Source: Podarcis erhardii (Eukaryota). Taken from it: 64,000 nt of DNA. The stretch is taken from assembly GCA_964252035.1 (NCBI GenBank), contig OZ176201.1; one strand, given 5' to 3'. The notes beneath the pieces were generated by a model. The model was not told where the DNA came from. It saw only the letters and a list, made by a program, of their open reading frames with translations, and searched no databases. The position numbers and the translations under genes were made by a program. Position 1 is the first letter of the stretch. Each line of letters opens with the position of its first letter. Positions 1 to 11,770 of the stretch are shown here, piece after piece.

Positions 1-64
1 CCCTCCCCCTTTATACCACGTGGCCTATGTGTCTGGATATTAGTTTGCCTCTGAAGTCCAGTTA

Positions 65-218
65 TTAGGAATCACAAGTGGGGAGAGTGCTGTTTCTTAG
101 ATCCTGCTTTCAGGCTTCCCAAAGGCATCTGGTTGGCCACTGTGAAACAGGATGTTGGACAAGATGGAGCACTGGCCTGATCCAGCAGAGATCTGCCTAT
201 GTTCTTACATTCTGTTTT
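65..218 (+). mobile_element. CR1 LINE 3' UTR/tail fragment
   Basis: TTGGCCACTGTGAAACAGGATGTTGGACAAGATGG...GGCCTGATCCAGCAG...ATGTTCTTA; same tail as the RT-bearing CR1 at 57760-58625. Confidence 0.65.
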
Positions 219-460
219 GGAGGGTCCCCCAATTCTCTGGAGCTGATTTTTTGGGGTGCCAGGGGCTTCAAGATGGAGAAGCTATCAGCAAATATTGCCT
301 CTCCTCTTATTCTGATATTGGAGATATTCACTGGGTCAAGTTATGGAATTTCTTCAGAAGGTGCATCTGACACCTTCATTACGGAGCTCTGGTGTATGAT
401 GAATACATACCTCTTTGCCCTGGCAGTTGACACTACAGACATACCGTTTTAAGACCCACC

Positions 461-503
<43 letters not shown>
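461..503. repeat. (AAT)n microsatellite
   Basis: Direct reading; followed by a short AATGTTGAAT duplication. Confidence 0.97.
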
Positions 504-504
<1 letters not shown>

Positions 505-1569
505 TTGAATAATGTTGAATAATGTCTATGACTTCTTCAAATCACAATTGAGAAAGCTTGGCAGACAAGCCATGATTTCTTGCATTAAGAAAAATACAAT
601 TCTAACTCCTTAGTATCCAAACATAAAACACCCCACCTATTCTCCAAGCATAAAACATAGGTATGGAGAAGGGGGCAGTGGAATCATGCTGCTGGCTTTG
701 CCCCGATACCCTGCATGGCAGTGGCCATGCCCCCTTGAAGCCCATGCATTGGCACTAGCACCTGCAGAAAGCCTAGCACAAAAGAGGTATGTTTTTGTTT
801 TGGTTTTGGCAAAATGAGCTTCAGGGAAGACAAATTGCCGTTTGGGGTTGTTGAAGCGCTTAGCGGGGGCGTGGGAAGTCTTAGGAGAATAATGGTTTCA
901 GGATATTAAAGCACGGAGAGAGAGAGAGATGAGAATAGAAATTACAGTTGAGCATGCTGCTTATATACCACCAGCTTATAATTCTTCGGATATCAGCATC
1001 TGTCCAATTTAACAAGAGTTTTGCAAGGTCAGAATATAATCAAAGCTATTTAATGATAACTTCCTTAAAGGAAATTGTGATAATCTTTTTAATAGTCATA
1101 TCATAGTCTCTTCTGTCACCAGTATGTTAATAATCTCCCATGTGGAAAAGCCATTTAATAATAAGTCTTCATTTCTCTCTTTTTTGGTGTAGGTGGCAGC
1201 AATCATAAACAAACACACTTACTAAAGAGTAAGCCACAGTGAGCACAGTAACCAAGCATGCATAAGAAATCACTGCACATATGTCTCATATGATGGTCAA
1301 TGAATCATGATTAATTTTACAGATTAATTAAATACCAAGAATGACATAACTGAAAAAAATGGGATCAAATAATTCATCAAAAAGGGTGTTACAGAGAGAC
1401 AGACCCAAGTGGGGTTTTCACCCTAGATATGAAACAGAGACTGAGATTTGTGTGTGCTACTGACAGAATGTAATCTAAGATAAAGTTTAATTGGGCCATA
1501 AATCTCTTGCTGGAAGGAAAAGAATTTGGGGGCTGTGATAAGAACACTGAAGATTCTGGGAGTTGGAAA

Positions 1570-2110
1570 GGTGTATTAAATCTTCAGTGCCTTCGAAAAC
1601 TGCCCAGCTTTTCCTAGGCTGAGGGGAAAATGGTGAAGATCTGCGATGTCCACAGTAACTATGGCATGTGTCATGATTGCCAGAGCCACATTCTCTAGAA
1701 ATGAGTGCATCAGTCTAAGCTGGGCAAAAGAACTCCTGGTCACACCAGCTACCTGAGCATTCAAAAGTAAAGCTGGAGTACAACTATACTTACTGGATAG
1801 GAGCACTTCTGACTCAAACCTCATCTTCGTTTGGCTCCAGGTGGGACCTCAGGCACTGAGTCAAAAACTTGCCTCCCTGGAATGCAATGGACAAGAGAAC
1901 TGGAACTTGGTGTCGTCTGAGCAGCAGTTTCATGTAGATGTTAAAGGAGCATGGGTAGCAGAGTCGATGTGGTACATCATAGGTAAATGGGCAAAGTGTA
2001 AAACTGGAATCCTTTAGCGTTATCTTCTGAAACCTTCCAGGAAGGACCTGAACCACCATAAAATGGCACCTCCCATACCAATCAGGCAATCCATAAAAAT
2101 GCTATGGGCA
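1570..2110 (-). mobile_element. Degenerate L2 LINE ORF2 (RT C-terminal region)
   Basis: Minus frames give ..VQVLPGRFQKITLKDS..SFNIYMKLL.. and ..LLLNAQVAGVTRSSFAQLRLMHSFLE..LAIMTHAIVT, matching L2 motifs FNIYMKPL and AQVAAVARSAFAQLRL; frameshifted. Confidence 0.8.
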
Positions 2111-4063
2111 ATGGAATGCAAGACTAAGAGGGTTGGGACATGTAGAACCAAGACTGTCTCTGTTCCATAAAAACAGTTCAAAATGAGTCCAGAAACCTTA
2201 TAAATCTGCCTCTGAGCTTCTTCCTTCTACCCAGCTTCAGAAATCAGCTTTTTTTGTTTGTTAATTTTCTAACCTCCACGAACCCATACGCATCCTATGT
2301 TGTGGGGATGGGAGCAGAACAGAGTGACCTGCAACACAACTGGTCAGTTAAGTATTTATATTTATTTACTTGACTGGGGGTGGGCAGCTATGCCCATGTT
2401 CTATGTCGGCACCTTTTACAGGAGATTTCTGGAAATATTGCAAAATACTGATGGGAGATTAGAATAAAATTCATAAGGAACAGAAATAAAGAAAAACAAT
2501 TAATGTATCTTAGCACACTTCCAGTAATATTTGTTTGTAGACTGGCTAACATCTATCATGTTCAGCAGTTCCCTGTTTACAGTCCATTTTGCTCATAAAC
2601 TATATTAAGGAACACCTAGCTATGGCTAATTTAGGGCTCAGTTTAGGTGCTTAGCGCAAGATATAAGCACATGCTTATCCAGGATTCAAGAAATAGCAGC
2701 TTAGGGAGATATTATTTTAGCTATGTGCAGTTGTTGCTCAGATCTGTTTGACAGTTCTCTCTATTCCACTACTCTAAGGACCTATTTGCAGTAAGAGACT
2801 GCAATCAAACCACTTACTTCAGAGCACTGCCATTAAATCCCATGGGTCTCTTGTGATCTGAATGATACCTAGAGCATAAATATATTGTGTACATCTGCCC
2901 AACTATCCAATTTAAAGACACACAAGAATGAGTCTCTTTGAAAAAAATAATTGTTTCCACTGCCTTTGTTTGTACATCACTCTGCGGAATGTTTGTGAAG
3001 CCCTTTGGGTTTTCACATCCCTGCCCAAAATAAAATGTCTTCTCATGTATCTGCAGGTTCCTATTGACATGAACTGATCATGGTCTTAACTGTTTGTTTG
3101 CTGCACTCTAAATTAAGCTGAAGCATACCACCAAAATATTTTTCACTTCAGTATATTCCAAATGCTCCGAGGAAAGATCAGTTACCAGTGAGGTTTCTTT
3201 CCCTGGGCATGAGGGGAGAATTTCAGCACAGTGTGTGTGAAATTAGAAAGGCGAGTCCTATTACTGTTAATGGAAAATTTACTCTGCAATGTTCTTTCAT
3301 GGAAGGCTGCAATTTTGTTCTGTCTATTTGAATTTTCCTTTGCATAAATTCCTTGCTCTGGTGTTAAGCATCCTATGCTGGCAACCAGAGTTGAATTGAA
3401 TTTGCACTGACATATGTTAGCTATGTCACAGGGTTTGGTGTAGATTTTTCCCTGTCTTTCTATTACACAATGCCTTCCTTATATTTTCAGGGGATGAAGT
3501 GATGTTTATTCAAGCAATTATCATCCTTTCTAAAATGGGAACCTCCTCAAATTTGCATTTTTTAAAATTCAAGTTTATGTTATTTCTCTCTCAGCAGATT
3601 GCCAATGCACACCTGTATCCTGTTATATACTCTTCCCATTTCCATCCTCTGCTTTACAAGATAAATAGGTGCCCTAATATGGAATCCAGTCCAAAGCTGC
3701 TATCTTTCAGTTTTGACCCTGTCCATTCATGTTACATGATAGTCCACCACTTATTTATGTGTCTTCTCGAAATTGCCCTGCATTGCCTGTCCTGTATCCA
3801 AATTCCTAATATTAACCAGCAGTCTACCATATATGGAGATTAACTAGCACATTTAGCTTAGTTTCCAGACCATTTGGTTACCTTCTAACTAAATGTGATT
3901 GGTCAATGGATCAGTTAATTATTTCAGATTATGAATTTTAAGTAGAGATTTCTCATATAACGAAGTGACTGACTGCAATTTCTATAAGCATCCTTTGTGC
4001 ATCTCTTAATTCTTGGAATGGGCTGAATGGGTTTTTTTACCTATACCCAATTAACCTATGCTA

Positions 4064-4486
4064 GTTACAGATAGGTAGCCGTGTTGGTCTGCCATGGTCA
4101 AAACAAAATAAAAAAATTCCTTCCAGTAGCACCTTAAAGACCAACTGAGTTAGTTCTAGGTATGAGCTTTCGTGTGCATGCACACTTCTTCAGATACACT
4201 GAAACAGAAGTCACCGGACCTTTCTATATAGTGAGAAGGTGGGGAGGGGTATTACTCAGAAGGGTGGTGGGAATGGGTGATTGGCAGATAGCTGCGATGA
4301 GCCTGTTGACGACTCTTAACGACTGCAATAGGTCTAACAGGAAAAAGCAAGGGGTGAGAAGGTGAAAAATGGCTTTGTCATGTATAATGAGATAAGAATC
4401 CAATGTCTTTGTTCAAACCAGGTCTCTCCATAGTTTTAAGTTTGGTGATAAGTTGCAATTCAGCAGCTTCTCTTTCCAGTCTATGA
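4064..4486 (-). mobile_element. 5'-truncated Penelope-like retroelement (GIY-YIG C-terminus plus 3' end)
   Basis: 4482-4378 (-) reads RLEREAAELQLITKLKTMERPGLNKDIGFLSHYT*, typical of a Penelope endonuclease end; exact 12-bp flanking duplication TAACCTATGCTA (4052-4063, 4487-4498). Confidence 0.88.
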
Positions 4487-5035
4487 TAACCTATGCTAAT
4501 TAGCAAAGATAAACATCCTCATTAAATATTCCCCCAAAATAATCTGCATTCAAATTTGCTAATTTGTAATTAGTTAATTGGTGAATCAGCTAATAGTGAA
4601 TTCAATGGGACTTATTCCCAAGTAAATGTGCATAAGTATTTTATGTATTTTGTTCATACTTTGGACACTGGTGGGAAAGAAGCAGCAGAAGACTATCCCT
4701 TACACTGGTGCTTTTGAAGCAATAACCTAGTATGGGGTCATTTATTTTCAAAATCTTTAGTTTTTCCTAGCATAAGAAAGAAACCACAAAGTATTTTCAC
4801 TGTGCTGGTCTTCACTTTAAATGGCTAAAAGTTTAAGATAATATCACCTCACTGGTCCTATGTTGTTTAGGCTTGTTAATGCTTCCATGTTATTTATGCA
4901 ACATATGTTCTCTACATCTGTGTGTGTGTGTGTTTGTGAGTCTGTGTGTATTCCTGGAAACACTGAGATTGATTGATGAAATAATGTTTTTAACCCTACC
5001 TGTTTTTAGACATTTTTAACTGTAATTGGATGTTT

Positions 5036-5112
<77 letters not shown>
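5036..5112. repeat. Compound microsatellite (TC)13(AC)9A(GA)16
   Basis: Direct reading. Confidence 0.95.
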
Positions 5113-5115
<3 letters not shown>

Positions 5116-5384
5116 GTTGATGTGTTTTCTGCCCTGGGCTCCTTTGAAAGTAGGGCAGGATATAAACTCAATAAACACAATATATGCATCCCCAAGCCTC
5201 TGTGCTTTTATTTATCCTTACAGTCATCACACAAGGCAGAGAAGTCTCTGTTAGGAGCCGGATGTGAAAGGCTTGGATTGAATGGTTTTGTTTAAGGCTC
5301 AACAGGAGCGTGCAGCATTCTAAGGAACTTAGCAGTTGTATGGCCATGCACAAAGCTAGCATTTATTTCATTGTCAGCACTCAC

Positions 5385-5760
5385 AAGCACAGGAAGCGGC
5401 TTTATACTCAGTCAGGCCATTGGTCCATCTAGCTCAGCTTGGTCTACACTGATTGTCAGTGGCAGGCCCATGCAGAGGGAGGAGCACCAGCTGGGTACAC
5501 TTGCCCTGGAAGGGCCAAGCTGGCTAGGGGTCCCTGCCAGGGACTGGTTGCTTTGTTTTGTTTTGTTTTTCTTTGAGTTTGTAACTTTATTCTAATAAAA
5601 CTCCTGCCCCTTGCCTCAGACAAGCTCTGCATGGGCCTGGTCAGTGGTCCAGGTTTTCAGATGGGAGCCTTTCCCTATCCTTCCTGGAGATGTCAGGATT
5701 GAACCTTGATATTTTGAATGAGAAGCAGGTGTTCTGGCTTCAAGCTATGAATCTACTCTT
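5385..5760 (-). mobile_element. Old tRNA-derived SINE with CR1-like tail, interrupted by a hAT MITE
   Basis: CCTTTATACTCAGTCAGGCCATTGGTCCATCTAGCTCAG...CCTGGAGATGTCAGGATTGAACC (reverse box B); related copy at ~7069-7215. Confidence 0.65.
5463..5639. mobile_element. hAT-type MITE, 177 bp
   Basis: 15-bp TIRs CAGGCCCATGCAGAG / CTCTGCATGGGCCTG; exact 8-bp TSD GTCAGTGG (5455-5462, 5640-5647). Confidence 0.9.
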
Positions 5761-6771
5761 GTTCCAGCAAGTACTGCTCTCTAGCCCATTCACACAAATC
5801 CAAGAAACAACTGTATATTTGGGCAATAGTTTATGTCCATTGATAATGTTCCTTAATCTTGGTGAATCAATCAGGCTGTGTAGTTAATTTGGGTCTGCAT
5901 ACCACCCTCTGCCTTTCTGAAAGAGCAACATGTTAGGCTGCTAACCTAAATATTAAGTAATGATTAGACGTGTGAAAGCCAGTCAGAAAGTTTGTCATAC
6001 ATCTCATAGAACACTTAAGGAAATCAAGTGCAGTGTAGATTGTATATACTAAGGGGAAATAAGGCTGGTGGATGGAAGATCATCAAAAGACACTAAGCAA
6101 GATCAAGACTTAACTTTACTTAAATTTATTTCCCATGCATATTACAGGGACAAAATGCCAGCTGTCACAAAGGGATTCCCACTTGCTTTTTTTAGACAGG
6201 CTCAGCACATCTTTGCAGCCTCTAGTCACACAGGAGGCATGACAATTCTCTCCACTGGCACTTCAAAATGAAGACACTCAAAGTCTCAGAGCTGTGTTTC
6301 CCATGTTTTCCTGCTTTATATCTCATACCTAGTCCACCCATTTAGTCTGGGCCAATATAGAAAACTGAAGCAGATTTCGTATCCTGCTAGGCTGCTAACC
6401 CAGTGGTTGCAGATAGACACACCATTACTCAAAGAACGGACTGGGGGAGCCAAACATGGCAGCAGGAAAATATAGAGCCAAGGCACATGCCAGGCTACAC
6501 AACTTAGGATTTCACTTTTCCTTCTTTTTCCTCCATAAGAAGTCTGACTGCCTCTCCCCTCAGAGGACTCAGGATCAAATTGAATGTGGTATCATTGGCT
6601 CAATTAGCAACTGTGTAATTGGCTTTTTAAAAGTAAATTATAGGTGCCAGGGCCCCAGTCTGGATCAGGCAGCTGGAATGGGAGGGGGTCTTAACTGTTC
6701 GCTGCTCCTGTGTTTCCAATCTGGATTCTATTTGCATGACAAAGGGGGGGTTCTATTTGCTGCAAAGGTTT

Positions 6772-6816
6772 TTTTGTTTTGTTGTTTGTTTGTTTGTTTG
6801 TTTGTTTGTTTGTTTT
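6772..6816. repeat. (GTTT)n microsatellite
   Basis: Direct reading. Confidence 0.9.
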
Positions 6817-7068
6817 AAAATGCAAGGTAGAGTGCAGTTCTGACAGCAGAGAGCAAACTTTCTTATTTTAAAAAATCCACTGTCTTACGTTCACATAAAC
6901 ACCTGGGTCTCAGTCTGGATTGGTAGGTTGGGGCAGTGGTAGAGGTTTTCAGCTTCCTTTTTAAAAGCCATTCATGCAGTTGCTAATTGTGCGAATGGCA
7001 TAACATCTAGTTTGGCCTACAGATTCACAAAAGAATAGTGAAAGTATGCCTTTGGGACATAGCAATAG

Positions 7069-7215
7069 CATAGGAAACTGTCCTAGATCTATCTCAACAT
7101 TGTCTTACACTGGCAGGACTCCTGGAGGAGTCACTCTTTTGCAGCCCCACTTGAAGATGCTAGGGATTGGACAGGAGACCTTTTGCATGCAAAGAGGTGC
7201 TCTACCAAGCAAGCG
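7069..7215 (-). mobile_element. Degenerate tRNA-derived SINE (same family as 5385-5760)
   Basis: GATGCTAGGGATTGGACAGGAGACCTTTTGCATGCAAAGAGGTGCTCTACC = reverse tRNA-like head. Confidence 0.55.
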
Positions 7216-8181
7216 ACAGTCTTTCCCCAAATGGACAATGTTGCACTGATGAAGAGACTAGAATACTAATGTACTTTTGGAAGGTTGTGGAATGACCTTC
7301 TGATTAGCTGTGTGACATATTGAATCAAAAGCTGGTGATCAGCTGCTTGGACTGGAGGAACAGGAGAAGAGGATGATACAGAACAAGAGCCAAAGAAGGA
7401 AATGCCATCAGACTGCATTCAGAAGCAAAATGCTAAGTCAGTGTTAGGGCTATTGAGCAGTGCTGAGAACAGATGCAAAATGCAATCATCTTCTCCTTGA
7501 AAACAACAGGGAATATGAATCCCAGTTCTGTGCAAAGAATGCGATAAGCCTTTGCCACATGATCGCCTTTTTCCTTTGGGAGGTAGCACATTTTACATAA
7601 CTCCTACAATTTTCTTTACTTCTAATGCAAGTCGTTATTTACACAGGCTGATCCTGTGATTAGCATTTCATCTCTTCCCATGTTTACAAACTTTTAGCAT
7701 CCATACAGATAAAATACTAGGTTGTTTGTTTTTAAAAAACCCCACTCCTAACAAACCTGATTCTGACTTCATAACTGAAATACTTTGCATTTGCCTTTGT
7801 TTAAATGAGATTTTGCTTAGTGTGTCGATTATCAAGCCATTGTCAACTTTAATCCTCCATAGAATCCTCTGTACAATTTTCTCTGCTTTGTGTCATCTAA
7901 AAATCCTAGGAATATAAAATGAAGAAATGCAAGCAGTTGAAAAATGCTGGACCAATAGTGCTACAGAACGCTACTTGTTTCTAGGACACCGTCACAAATT
8001 GCAAGCTGTACAATGTCCCCAAATTTTAGCCAGTTATCACTTCCCATTTTCCTCCTGGACATGAAAGGCCACCTGGAACAATAAACTGTATTGTGGGGGG
8101 CAGGCGTAAATAGGTTGGCACAAACCATATGTCGTTGTTTGGGGAATTGTTTTGTCAATCACACTTCATGTGATGCCACAG

Positions 8182-8182
<1 letters not shown>

Positions 8183-8220
<38 letters not shown>
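8183..8220. repeat. (AC)n microsatellite
   Basis: Direct reading. Confidence 0.95.
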
Positions 8221-8223
<3 letters not shown>

Positions 8224-8344
8224 TTCTGGGGTCCAAAATCGCCCCCAGCATACACTGGAAATATCACTGGGGTACTACAGACATCCCAAAAACCATTAAT
8301 GTAATTTTAAATATTGAGAATGGTTTCGGATTAACCGGATTTAC

Positions 8345-8465
8345 CCAATCTCCAGATGTTATTGGACTACAGCTCCCATTAGCCCTAGCTAGCCCTAGCC
8401 CTGATGGTCAGGGATGGTGGGAGTTGTAGTCAAACAACATTTGGGAGAAACTAGGTTGAGCAAAG
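8345..8465. mobile_element. Degenerate hAT-like MITE related to the 136-bp family
   Basis: CTCCAGATGTTATTGGACTACAGCTCCCAT...TGGGAGTTGTAGTCAAACAACATTTGG palindromic core. Confidence 0.6.
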
Positions 8466-9012
8466 GTTAGCAACAATTAGCTTTTTATAGGAAAGGAGTA
8501 ATGAACAAGAGGGAATAAGAGGTTATACAATGATGCCAGGTGGGCTGGAGGGAGGAAAGAAGGTGCTGCCTTCTGCTTCATATTTTCCGTTTATTGTTGT
8601 ACCCATGAAAACAGTTTGCATTATTACTGAATTTGCTAAAGCACTTTGTGACCTTTCGAGATGAAAGGTGTAATTTAACTGAAAGTGAAATTCTATTTAT
8701 CAGTGCTTTACTGTCGTAATGAATGTACAGATTCGGGCTTTGTGCTTAAAAGGGGCTCTCTGCTAGACAAGCAACATTTCTGGAGAACAACACCTAGCAT
8801 AATATAGATTGCTTTGTTGAGAGAATGGCTGTGGACTAGCATTGTTCAGTGGGGACTATAGTTGAGAATCACTAATGTCTTTCTTCCAGCAAAGAGCTAT
8901 TATTTGGGAATGTTTTTCACATTATGGCTATGACATAGCATAACAGGCATTTGAATGTGTTCGCTCCTCCAGAAGGGTCATATCTGGGGTTCATGGCTCT
9001 GAATATCAGTTT

Positions 9013-9145
9013 CAGGGAATCACAAGTGGGAAGAGTGCTGCTTCACTCAGATACCATGGGCATCTGGTTGGTACTGTGGGACCAGGATGTGGGACCGTGA
9101 TGGCCCTTTGGCCTGATCCACCAAGGCTCTTCCAATGTTCCTATA
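9013..9145 (+). mobile_element. CR1 3' tail fragment
   Basis: GGGAATCACAAGTGGGAAGAGTGCTG...GGCCTGATCCACCAAGGCTCTTC; resembles 65-218. Confidence 0.6.
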
Positions 9146-11451
9146 TAAGAATTTACTGCACCTTCCTTCCTTCCAATGCAGAGAGCATTTCCATTCCTGA
9201 TTATATGGACTCACATGCATATTATATATTATGCATTTGGTTCTATCCTGCATTTGCGTTTTCCAGATCCTGCTTTCAAATGGATGAAAAATTAACCAAG
9301 TTGACAAATATGATCCAGGGTGAAACAGGGATGAGTTGTTCATATTCTGTGATTCTGACAAAGAGTTCAAGGACCCCATATTTTTTCAAAACTCCAGAAT
9401 ATTCTAGTCCTGATTGTGGCAAGGATGGTGTGCGTATCTTTTCACATGTGTAATGCGTTACTTTAAAAGTTTGTGGAGGGCCTAAGACTTCCATTAATAT
9501 TAGTGTGTAACAGCACCTAATAGCTCCTATAAAATAGTTGTAACTTGTCCCGGAGAAAGGCCGGTAAAATTTTTAATGATTAGAATAGTAATACATCAAA
9601 TAGAATTTTGAGAACTATGCACAGTATTCCAAATATGCTCATCCCATAAGTTGTATTATGTTACGTATATAATATATATTATATGTATTATGCATTATAT
9701 TGGCAATTTTTATTTTTAGTCACTTTTCTAATTACCCCCAAAATTGAATCTACTTTATTCACAGCTGCTGCAGCATTTTCTGAGAGCTATCCAGTACAAG
9801 CACCAGACGTCTTTCCTGGATAGCCACTGCCAGTTCAGATGTTATAAGCATGCCTCTGTTTATTGTCTTGTCTGCTCCCATTTTATTAATGTACAGTAAT
9901 GTATTCTTGCTGCCCACCACGAGATCGGTTTGATATAGAATGGGTTGTAAATATCAAAAAAAGAAAAAAGAAAAAAAAAAGCAATCCGTACTTGTAAAGT
10001 TAGGTAATTGTCTCAATATAGCAAGAGAAGTATGATTCAGAATATGGGCCAAAGACTACAACCTTCACTTTGTAGCATTCAAGTTCTGGACTCTTCAAAC
10101 ATCCTTTTATCTATGCAGTTGACAACATACACAGCTTCACAAATCAAAGATGTCACAGACGCTACAAGAAATATCATCCAAATCACTTTCAAATAAGCTT
10201 GTATCAAGCAGTCAGGATGTCAGTTTAGTATCTGACCTGGAAGATGACACCTTCAGGATCATGCAAGAATTAGTAAGATGCCTAGACGATTTCTGTATTA
10301 CCTACAGAAAATAAGTGAACACTTCTTGGCAGGAGGGTTTTTTTGTTTTGTTTTTTAAATCTTTCTCAGGGATGTTTTGTTCCAAATGGAGCAAGGTTCA
10401 CCACTCAAATTAAAATGTAGAATATAGGACAGAATGGTAATTTAGGGAAAGAGCTAGAAAAAACAATGCAGGAGATAGCAGAGTCGAAATGTGGTTTCCA
10501 TGACAACAAATCCACAAGAAGTCTTTATATTCATATTGTTTCTTATGATGGATGGGCCTGTTTGGGGCAGGCAGGGTGGGCTGGCAAATTAGGATTTATA
10601 ATCTTATTAAAGAATTGTTCCTAGTTTGAAACACATCTCTAAAAAGTGTAAACCCACCAGGTGGCATGTAGGATATAAACGTAGTGTAAGGTGCATCGTG
10701 TTTCACACTGAGCAAAGCACTAAGTGTATGGGACACTGGGATACATTTTGTGATGTGAAAATTGTTTTACCAACGCACCGTGTTCTCAATGATTCCTAAG
10801 CAGTAACTCCACTGTGAAAAATGTATACATGCTAAAATGTGAAACTAGCTTTGAACTGAATCATATTTCCTGCTGAAAAGCACGAGTATTCTGCTCTAAA
10901 AATATACTATGTCAGGAAAACCAGCTGGACCTATTTGCTGCAATTTTCTGTGGCTTGTACATCAAGCTTGACCAAACCTATTGAGAATAATAAACTTGAA
11001 TACATATTGAGGACCTATTTTGTGTGCCTGAAAGCAGATATACCGGTGGCCGCTCCCCTTTGAGGGCCCAAGGACACTTATTTGGGGAGGCGGGGAGTGC
11101 CATGGGTACCACAGACACAATAGTTGCTGCAAGTTTTGTCTTACCACAACTGGCAACTTTGAGTGCTGCCTAACACAAAATGGTTATCATGGGGGAGAAT
11201 TACAGCAACCAATGTATGGATAAATTTAAGATAAATTTGTTAGAAAGCAAACATTGTATTCTAAAAGCATTTGTTGTGATGGTTTTTAAAAACAACAACA
11301 TCTCATTATAACTACAAGCTTTCTTCTTTTATAAGAAAGCTCAGAGTATGAGCCCCATGAGAGCTGTGGATCCTGTACCAACATCCCCTCTGCACTTCCA
11401 CCCCACAGTGGCCGTGCCAGCAGTAGCATTTTATTTTGGAATTAGAATGCC

Positions 11452-11496
<45 letters not shown>

Positions 11497-11770
11497 TTAT
11501 TATTTGTACCCCGCCCATCTGGCTGGGTTTCCCCAGCCACTCTGGGCAGCTTCCATACAAAACAAAAATACATTAAAATATCACACATTAAAAACTTCCC
11601 TGAATAGGGCTGCCTTAAGATGTCTTCTGAATGTCAGGTAGTTATTTATCGCTTTGACATCTGCTGGAAGGGCGTTCCACAGGGTGGGCGCCACTATCGA
11701 GAAGGCCCTCTGCCTGGTTCCCTGTAGCTTTTATTCTCGCAATGAGGGGACCGCCAGAAGGCCCTCGGCA
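11452..11770 (-). mobile_element. L2 LINE 3' end with (ATT)n tail
   Basis: Closely similar to 51420-51870 (CCACAGGGTGGGCGCCACT..GAGAAGGCCCTCTGCCTGGTTCCCTGT); microsatellite tail at 11452-11497. Confidence 0.88.

Noticed and set aside
78-452. 124-aa ORF
   Set aside because: The first half is CR1 3' UTR; no recognisable domain or splice context.
1841-1982. Apparent + strand exon (CTCCAG|GTGGGA...CATAG|GTAAAT; VGPQALSQKLASLECNGQENW...)
   Set aside because: Lies wholly within the antisense strand of a degenerate L2 RT region; the opposite strand carries clear L2 motifs.
5026-5295. ORFs with SLSLSL/THTHT/ERERER runs
   Set aside because: Translations of the compound microsatellite.
7343-7500. 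Purine-rich frames such as GGTGEEDDTEQEPKKEMPSD...
   Set aside because: Stops immediately upstream in each frame, no polypyrimidine acceptor, no homolog recognised.
11312-11641. Poly-Tyr/poly-Ile ORFs (also 15330-15724 and 56292-56696)
   Set aside because: (AAT)n microsatellite translations.
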